In this document: in pieces, positions 58,111-64,000 of the stretch
How the letters are laid out: each line of letters starts with the position of its first letter
Position numbering within the stretch: position 1 is the first letter of the stretch
Source of the DNA: Bacteroidota bacterium
GTDB taxonomy: Bacteria > Bacteroidota > Bacteroidia > Palsa-965
Direction: 5' to 3'
Length of the DNA: 64,000 bases
Assembly (NCBI GenBank): GCA_013288325.1
Contig: JABDCB010000001.1
Coordinates: 44,287-108,286 of the forward strand
Program-made: the position numbers and the translations under genes
Notes under the pieces: model-generated
Databases searched by the model: none
Told to the model about the DNA's origin: nothing
What the model saw: only the letters and a program-made list of their open reading frames with translations

Positions 58111-59358
58111 ATGAACAGAAGAAATTTTGTAAAAACAGGCAGCGTATTGACATCATTGGCGGCATTAGCTCCGATTTTGTCTTTTTCTCGCACTAAGTCT
58201 TCAGACATACCAGCGGAATACAAAATATTTCACGACCGGATTCAGCCGATAACAGCCGAAGAATATGCGGCGCGGCAGGAAGAAGCACGGAAGAAGATGC
58301 AGGAAGCTAAGCTCGATATGATACTGATGGAGGGCGGAACCTCCATGAAATATTTTACTGGAATATCATGGGGGCATAGCGAACGTCTTTTTGCTATGGT
58401 GATGACAAGAAAAGGGGACTCCTTTTTTATAGCGCCCAAATTTGAAGAAGGGAGGGCGAGAGAGCAGGTGGGTTCTTCGAAGTTATATACATGGGAAGAG
58501 AATGAAAGCCCGTATGAACTGATTGGAAAATGTTTAAAGGATCAGGGCGTGCAAACATCTACAATGGGCATAGAAGAATCCTGCCGCTTTTTTGTGACAG
58601 AAAATCTTCAGAAAACGATGCCTTCCTTACTTATCCAAAGCGCTACTCCTGTTGTAGCAGGATGCCGGAGCATTAAATCAAAACATGAGATTGAGCTCAT
58701 GCAGATTGCGAATGATATTACTGCTGAAGTATTTAGTGCTTCTGTAAAGGAACTGAAAGAAGGAATGACAGAAATGGAATTCGGAACCATCATTTCGGAT
58801 CGATTTTCGGCGGCCGGGGCCCCGGGCGGGGCATTGGTTTTGTTTGGAGAAGCGTCGGCCTATCCGCATGGTCTTAGAAAAGAAAACAGACTGAAAGAAG
58901 GAGATATTGTTTTGATGGATGGAGGATGTACCGTTGAAGGATATGAATCGGATGTTACCCGTACCACAGTGTTTGGAAAGCCAAGTGAGAAAATGAAAAG
59001 TGTGTGGGAAATTGTGCGTAAAGCCCAGGAAGCCGGATTGAAATCGGCCAAACCCGGAATACCCGCAGAGGAAATAGATGCAGCAACCCGAAAAGTAATT
59101 GCAGATCATGGGTATGGACCCGGATACAAATATTTCACACACAGGCTCGGACATGGCATTGGCATGGACGGGCATGAATGGTACTATTTGGTAGGAGGAA
59201 ACAAACGTCTGGTTAAGCCTGGAAACATGTTCAGTAATGAGCCGGGTATTTATCTTGTCGGAGAGTTTGGTATCCGTATTGAAGATGAGATGCTTATTAC
59301 CGAAGATGGAGCTCGCCTTCTACTTCCGCCTCCCCAAAGCCTGGAAAAAATATTTTAA
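58111..59358 (+). CDS. Xaa-Pro peptidase (M24B) with Tat signal
   Basis: MNRRNFVK; DGG..YESDVTRT, HRLGHGIG, NEPGIY, GIRIED. Confidence 0.93.
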   Translation: MNRRNFVKTGSVLTSLAALAPILSFSRTKSSDIPAEYKIFHDRIQPITAEEYAARQEEARKKMQEAKLDMILMEGGTSMKYFTGISWGHSERLFAMVMTRKGDSFFIAPKFEEGRAREQVGSSKLYTWEENESPYELIGKCLKDQGVQTSTMGIEESCRFFVTENLQKTMPSLLIQSATPVVAGCRSIKSKHEIELMQIANDITAEVFSASVKELKEGMTEMEFGTIISDRFSAAGAPGGALVLFGEASAYPHGLRKENRLKEGDIVLMDGGCTVEGYESDVTRTTVFGKPSEKMKSVWEIVRKAQEAGLKSAKPGIPAEEIDAATRKVIADHGYGPGYKYFTHRLGHGIGMDGHEWYYLVGGNKRLVKPGNMFSNEPGIYLVGEFGIRIEDEMLITEDGARLLLPPPQSLEKIF

Positions 59359-59540
59359 TGCCGCTTTTTATTCTACGTCTCTCCAATACAGTGAAGATCA
59401 GTTCACTCAAAGTAGGATTTAGCTTTTAAACAGGCAAAAAGCAAGAAAACAAAGACTATTTTGGGGCAACTGTCCCATTTTTAAATCTCAATCGTTAAGG
59501 AGATATAAAGCAATTAATAGGAACCTTAAAAACTAAAAAA

Positions 59541-59885
59541 ATGGAAAAATTCTTGTATTTATTCCGTGGTGGAAACAACAGTGAATTGTCGCCAGATGCC
59601 CTGCAAGCTCATCTTCAGAAATGGCAGGAATGGATGATGAAATTGGGGAAAGCCGGTATTTTTGTTGGTGGAGAACCCCTGGCACGTACTGGCAAGCAGG
59701 TAAATGGCACAAAGAAAGTAGTTACAGATGGACCGTTTGTAGAAGCTAAGGAAATGATAGGCGGGTATATGCTCGTCCAGGTAAAGAATATGGACGAAGC
59801 TATTGAGATTTCAAAGGGGTGTCCTATTCTGGAGGTAGATGGTAAGCTGGAAATTCGTCCGATTCAGAAAATGGGGGAAATGTAA
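59541..59885 (+). CDS. YciI/DGPF family protein
   Basis: VTDGPFVEAKEMIGGY, EIRPI. Confidence 0.92.
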   Translation: MEKFLYLFRGGNNSELSPDALQAHLQKWQEWMMKLGKAGIFVGGEPLARTGKQVNGTKKVVTDGPFVEAKEMIGGYMLVQVKNMDEAIEISKGCPILEVDGKLEIRPIQKMGEM

Positions 59886-59914
59886 ACGCGTTTTCTCCTT
59901 GTTAAAGATACAGC

Positions 59915-61183
59915 ATGGATCAGCATTCTGAGAATAAAGAAACAGCTAAAGCGATCGACCATCTTTTCCGTCAGGAGGCGGGTAAGATGGTTGCTGTATT
60001 GACCCGGATATTAGGTTTTCCCAATATTGAACAAGCCGAAGACATTGTTCAGGACACAATTTTAAAAGCGCTTGAAATATGGAAATACGGAAAAATGCCC
60101 GAACATCCGGAAGCGTGGCTCTACCGTACGGCAAAAAACCAGGCTATTGATCTTATACGCAGAAAAAAAATAAGACACCGTATCGAAAATGATCTTACCT
60201 ATCTATTGAAATCTGAATACACGCTGGTGCCAACGATAGAGGATATGTTTGGTGAAAATTCGATTAAAGACAGCCAGTTAAGAATGATGTTTGCCTGTTG
60301 TCATCCTTCCATTACTCAGGAACAACAGATAACATTGATCCTTAAAACACTTTGTGGTCTTAGCCCCAAAGAGATCGGCAATGCTTTTCTGAGTAATGAA
60401 GAAACAATCCGCAAGCGTATATATCGTACACGGGAAAAGATAGCAGAAGAACGAATTCCGCTTGAATTTCCTTCAGAAGGATTACTGGGGGAGCGGTTGG
60501 AATCTATTCTGAGAACATTATATCTGCTTTTTAATGAAGGATATAATTCATCTCATCCGGAGCGATTGATACGGGAAGACTTATGTGAAGAAGCCATGCG
60601 TCTCACTATTTTGCTTACCGAGCAACAACAAACGAGTTTACCTCAGACTTATGCATTGCTGGCATTAATGTGTTATCAGACATCCCGTTTCAATACACGG
60701 CTGGATGATAAGGGGCTTATCATTTTACTTCAGGACCAGGATCGGGGACGCTGGAATCAGTTTTTGATATCAAAAGGGAATGAATATCTGCAGCTTTCAA
60801 CTTCGGGGCCTGCGATTCATGATTTTCATCTGGAGGCTGGAATTGCTTCCATGCATGCTAATGCCGGATCGTATGAAAACACCGATTGGAAACTTATCCT
60901 TGGATTATATGATGAGCTGTTTTTGCGTACGCAAAGCCCGGTAGTTGCATTAAACCGCGCCCTGGTGATTGGAGAGGTGGAAGGGTATGAGAAAGCTATT
61001 CGACAATTGGAAGCCATGAAGGGCCTGGAGGAAAACTGCTATTATCATTCATCATTAGGAGAGATGTACCGCAAAACAGGAGAAAAAGAAAAGGCAAAAA
61101 AGCACTTCGGCTCGGCCTTATGTTTTACTTCGTCCAACGCAGAAACAGAATTGATCAGAAGAAAACTTCAGGACTGTTTATGA
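59915..61183 (+). CDS. ECF42-type sigma factor with C-terminal TPR extension
   Basis: AEDIVQD, AWLYRTAKNQAID, LRMMFACCHP, LYLLFNEGY, QDRGRW, PVVALNRA; follows a DGPF gene. Confidence 0.9.
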   Translation: MDQHSENKETAKAIDHLFRQEAGKMVAVLTRILGFPNIEQAEDIVQDTILKALEIWKYGKMPEHPEAWLYRTAKNQAIDLIRRKKIRHRIENDLTYLLKSEYTLVPTIEDMFGENSIKDSQLRMMFACCHPSITQEQQITLILKTLCGLSPKEIGNAFLSNEETIRKRIYRTREKIAEERIPLEFPSEGLLGERLESILRTLYLLFNEGYNSSHPERLIREDLCEEAMRLTILLTEQQQTSLPQTYALLALMCYQTSRFNTRLDDKGLIILLQDQDRGRWNQFLISKGNEYLQLSTSGPAIHDFHLEAGIASMHANAGSYENTDWKLILGLYDELFLRTQSPVVALNRALVIGEVEGYEKAIRQLEAMKGLEENCYYHSSLGEMYRKTGEKEKAKKHFGSALCFTSSNAETELIRRKLQDCL

Positions 61184-61272
61184 AGGGCATATAGACTATG
61201 TCATGATTCTGTTAAGATCCGTGACAGATTGCAAAAAAAACGTACATTTCCTTACCAATACTAAAACGAAAA

Positions 61273-61713
61273 ATGAAAAATCTGTTCAATCCCAACGACA
61301 AAGAGGAAATAATTCAAAGAATCCAAAAATTAACAGAATCTACACAACCTCAATGGGGCAAAATGAGTGTTGCTCAAATGCTTAAGCATTGTACTTTGCC
61401 ATTAGGAGTTGCTATGACTAATCCTAAACCGCCCCGAGGACTGTTTGCAAAAATTTTCGGAGGAATGATAAAAGGCCCCGTAATTGGCCCTAAGCCATTT
61501 AAGAAAAACGGATTTACCCCAAAGGAGTTTAAGGTAGAGTCGAAAGAGATTTTCAATGAACAGAAAAGCAAACTGGTTGGAATGCTTGAAAAATTCAGCC
61601 CTGCAGCAGTAACGGATAAAGTCCATCCGTTTTTTGGACTCATGACAGATGCAGAATGGGGCGAAAGTCAGTATAAACATCTGGATCATCACCTCGTTCA
61701 GTTTGGAGTATAA
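61273..61713 (+). CDS. DUF1569/DinB-like protein
   Basis: WGKMSVAQMLKHC, HPFFG, KHLDHHL.QFGV. Confidence 0.88.
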   Translation: MKNLFNPNDKEEIIQRIQKLTESTQPQWGKMSVAQMLKHCTLPLGVAMTNPKPPRGLFAKIFGGMIKGPVIGPKPFKKNGFTPKEFKVESKEIFNEQKSKLVGMLEKFSPAAVTDKVHPFFGLMTDAEWGESQYKHLDHHLVQFGV

Positions 61714-61756
61714 TCATCAACTAACAGAATAGGTATTCACTTTTAAAATCATAGGC

Positions 61757-62179
61757 ATGTCAAAAACAATTCGTCAAAAAGTGTTGTTCAAAAACACAAG
61801 CCCTAAGGCGCTGTATGAGCTTTATATGGACTCTAAGAAGCATTCTGCAGCTACCGGTGCGCCGGCTAAGATATCGGCCAAAGAGGGAGGAGATTTCTCT
61901 GCTCATGACGGGTATATAAACGGTAAAAACCTGCATTTGGCAAAAGATCAGCTGATTGTTCAGAGCTGGAGAGGTGCCGATTGGGATAAAAGCGATCAGG
62001 ACTCTGTGTTTATGATACGACTTGAAAAAAAGGGAAAGGATACGGTTCTGCATGCTGTACATACGAATGTACCTGAGAAACAAGCTGAGGGAATTAACAA
62101 AGGTTGGCATGATCATTATTGGAAGCCCTGGAAAAAATTCCTGGCCGGGAAACCTATCGGAAAATATCCAACTATGTAA
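61757..62179 (+). CDS. SRPBCC/AHSA1-domain protein
   Basis: YELYMDSKKH, GGDFSAHDGYING, IVQSWR, GWHDHYW. Confidence 0.88.
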   Translation: MSKTIRQKVLFKNTSPKALYELYMDSKKHSAATGAPAKISAKEGGDFSAHDGYINGKNLHLAKDQLIVQSWRGADWDKSDQDSVFMIRLEKKGKDTVLHAVHTNVPEKQAEGINKGWHDHYWKPWKKFLAGKPIGKYPTM

Positions 62180-62180
62180 A

Positions 62181-62729
62181 ATGACAGAAGCAGCACTAGA
62201 ACAACTAAGATACCCTATAGGCCGTTTCCAGGTATCGGAAACATTCGGACCTTCTCAATATTCAGAGTGGAGTCAAACCATTATTGGTTTCCCTGTTAAA
62301 CTGAAACAGGAAATAGAAGGACTGAATGAAGATGAACTTCGTTACCACTATCGCCCGGGAGGATGGACCATTTTACAAGTAGTCCATCACCTGGCTGATA
62401 GCCACATGAATGCTTTGATTCGCTTCAAACTGGCATTGACGGAAGAAGAGCCGGTAATTAAACCGTATTTTGAAGATAGGGTTGCTCAATTAAGCGACAG
62501 CTTATTCTCTCCTCCTGAATCGTCTCTTCTTATTCTGGAAGGGGTACACCAGCGATGGGGGCAGCTGTTGGGAAGCATGACGACAGAAGATTTTCGCAGA
62601 ACTTATTTTCACCCGGAGTATAAGAAATCATTCCGGTTGGATGTTGCACTGGCCCTGTATGCATGGCATTGCCAGCATCACCTGGCACATATTCGTCAGG
62701 CAAAACAAATGGAAAACAAATTTCAATAA
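62181..62729 (+). CDS. YfiT/BstA-like DinB-family thiol S-transferase
   Basis: LRYPIGRF, YRPGGWT..QVVHHLADSH, YAWHCQHHLAHI; start revised to ATG 62181. Confidence 0.88.
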   Translation: MTEAALEQLRYPIGRFQVSETFGPSQYSEWSQTIIGFPVKLKQEIEGLNEDELRYHYRPGGWTILQVVHHLADSHMNALIRFKLALTEEEPVIKPYFEDRVAQLSDSLFSPPESSLLILEGVHQRWGQLLGSMTTEDFRRTYFHPEYKKSFRLDVALALYAWHCQHHLAHIRQAKQMENKFQ

Positions 62730-62753
62730 ACGGAAAGCATCAGACTTGCAGTT

Positions 62754-63512
62754 TTATTTTTTACCAGCGTTATATAGCTTTTCAGCTTCATCCCAGTTTA
62801 CAACCTTCCACCAGTCGTTCACATAATCCATCCGCAGGTTTTGATGTTTGAGATAGTAGGCGTGCTCCCAAACATCCAGGGCTAAAACCGGAATCCCTTT
62901 GCTCAAAGCAAATTGCATCAATGGATTATCCTGATTGGGAGTGGTTGAAATTTCCAGCTTGTAAACATCATTTACAATCAGCCAGCACCAACCTGATCCA
63001 AACACACCTTTTGCTTTGTCGTTAAATTTGGTTTTGAAGGCATCAAAGCTTCCGAAGGAATTTTTGATGTCTTCAGCCAGTTTGCCAGTAGGTTCTGCTG
63101 CCGGAGTAGCGGGGTCTTTGCTAAGCGGAGGTCTCATAATTTTCCAGAAAAAACTATGATTGAAGTGCCCTCCTCCGTTATTGCGGAGTGCTGTATTGCC
63201 TTCATGGATAGTGCGGCATAGTTCAGCGATATCTGTTGACGCTGTTTTTCCGCCTTCGATGGCCTTATTCAAATTGGTAACATAGGCCTGGTGATGTTTA
63301 TCATGATGGATTTCCATTGTTTGTTTGTCAATGAATGGCTCCAGCGCATCATAGGCATAAGGCAAGGGGGGTAAAGTATACGCGTCAGCAGGTAATGTAT
63401 TATTAGCGGCAGTAAGAGAACCGGGCAATGCAGAGAGAAGAAGCCCGCCTGCGCCGAGTACTGCACTTGTTTTTATAAACTGACGTCTTTCCATATTGTT
63501 TGAGTCGCTCAT
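62754..63512 (-). CDS. sodA: Fe/Mn superoxide dismutase (Mn-type signatures) with Tat signal
   Basis: RRQFIK; [25 protein letters not shown]. Confidence 0.9.
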   Translation of the reverse strand: MSDSNNMERRQFIKTSAVLGAGGLLLSALPGSLTAANNTLPADAYTLPPLPYAYDALEPFIDKQTMEIHHDKHHQAYVTNLNKAIEGGKTASTDIAELCRTIHEGNTALRNNGGGHFNHSFFWKIMRPPLSKDPATPAAEPTGKLAEDIKNSFGSFDAFKTKFNDKAKGVFGSGWCWLIVNDVYKLEISTTPNQDNPLMQFALSKGIPVLALDVWEHAYYLKHQNLRMDYVNDWWKVVNWDEAEKLYNAGKK

Positions 63513-63528
63513 AGTCTATCTTTTAAGG

Positions 63529-64000
63529 TTATGAAAAATTAATTAGTACCTGATTTTTTTCTACAGCAACACCCTTTTTCACAATTACTTTTTTTATGGT
63601 TAGGTCCCCGGGTGATTTTAAAATATTTTCCATTTTCATGGCTTCCAGAACAAGCAAAGGGTCTCCCTTTTTTACCGTTTGGCCTTCAGCTACCTCAATA
63701 CGCAGCACTAATCCGGGCATTGGAGCCTTTAGATCATTTACTTTTTTGTTGTTAAGGTTATCCAATCCCAGATTATGAAGAAGCAGATCGTATTGGTCTT
63801 TTACCTGTAACGTATATTTGTTGCCGTTTATACTTAATGTAACAGATTTGGTATCCGGATCCAGGCGAACAACTTCAATATTCCAGGATCTGTTGTCCTT
63901 CAAGACATGAAAACTGCCGGCCTTCAGGGTTAGCAAATCCAGATCAAAAGGCAAATCATTTACTGTTCCGGAGAGAGGGCCATTGAATTTGATCCGTTGC
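63529..64000 (-). CDS. Biotin carboxyl carrier protein (5'-partial, runs off the window)
   Basis: APMPG...LEAMKMEN biotinylation motif; frame stays open to position 64000. Confidence 0.9.
   Translation of the reverse strand, partial: QRIKFNGPLSGTVNDLPFDLDLLTLKAGSFHVLKDNRSWNIEVVRLDPDTKSVTLSINGNKYTLQVKDQYDLLLHNLGLDNLNNKKVNDLKAPMPGLVLRIEVAEGQTVKKGDPLLVLEAMKMENILKSPGDLTIKKVIVKKGVAVEKNQVLINFS

Overview
This looks like a Bacteroidota chromosome segment: it carries T9SS cargo proteins, a PorP/SprF gene and TAnnTTTG promoter elements. Most of it is backbone: a PAS kinase with a REC-Crp/Fnr regulator, an SDR, a TonB-dependent receptor, idi, five large type-B-CTD T9SS surface proteins, alpha-2-macroglobulin divergent from a VIT/vWA/DUF2135 protein, M13 and M24 peptidases, a DGPF/ECF42 detox cluster, a Tat-exported SOD and a biotin carrier. 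The most notable part is an AT-rich island (~20.1-26.6 kb) with two divergent putative anti-phage operons. Leftward is a three-gene PRTase-DprA-HAD (ShosTA-like) module. Rightward is a Lamassu/ABC-three-component operon whose LmuA-like protein has no enzymatic effector domain. Its N-terminal 22-aa Q/N/G-rich motif is repeated (12/22 identical, 7 of the 12 with different codons) at the C-terminus of an overlapping upstream 64-aa single-TM protein, which contains a RHIM-like IQVGDGN core. I infer an amyloid-signalling Lamassu with a membrane effector. Other oddities are a GNAT-like/small-protein cassette flanked by a 21-bp duplication of the idi promoter and start, two intergenic arrays built on a 21/42-bp period, and a nested REP/MITE-like palindromic element. 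All family assignments come from motif recognition by eye; no searches were run.
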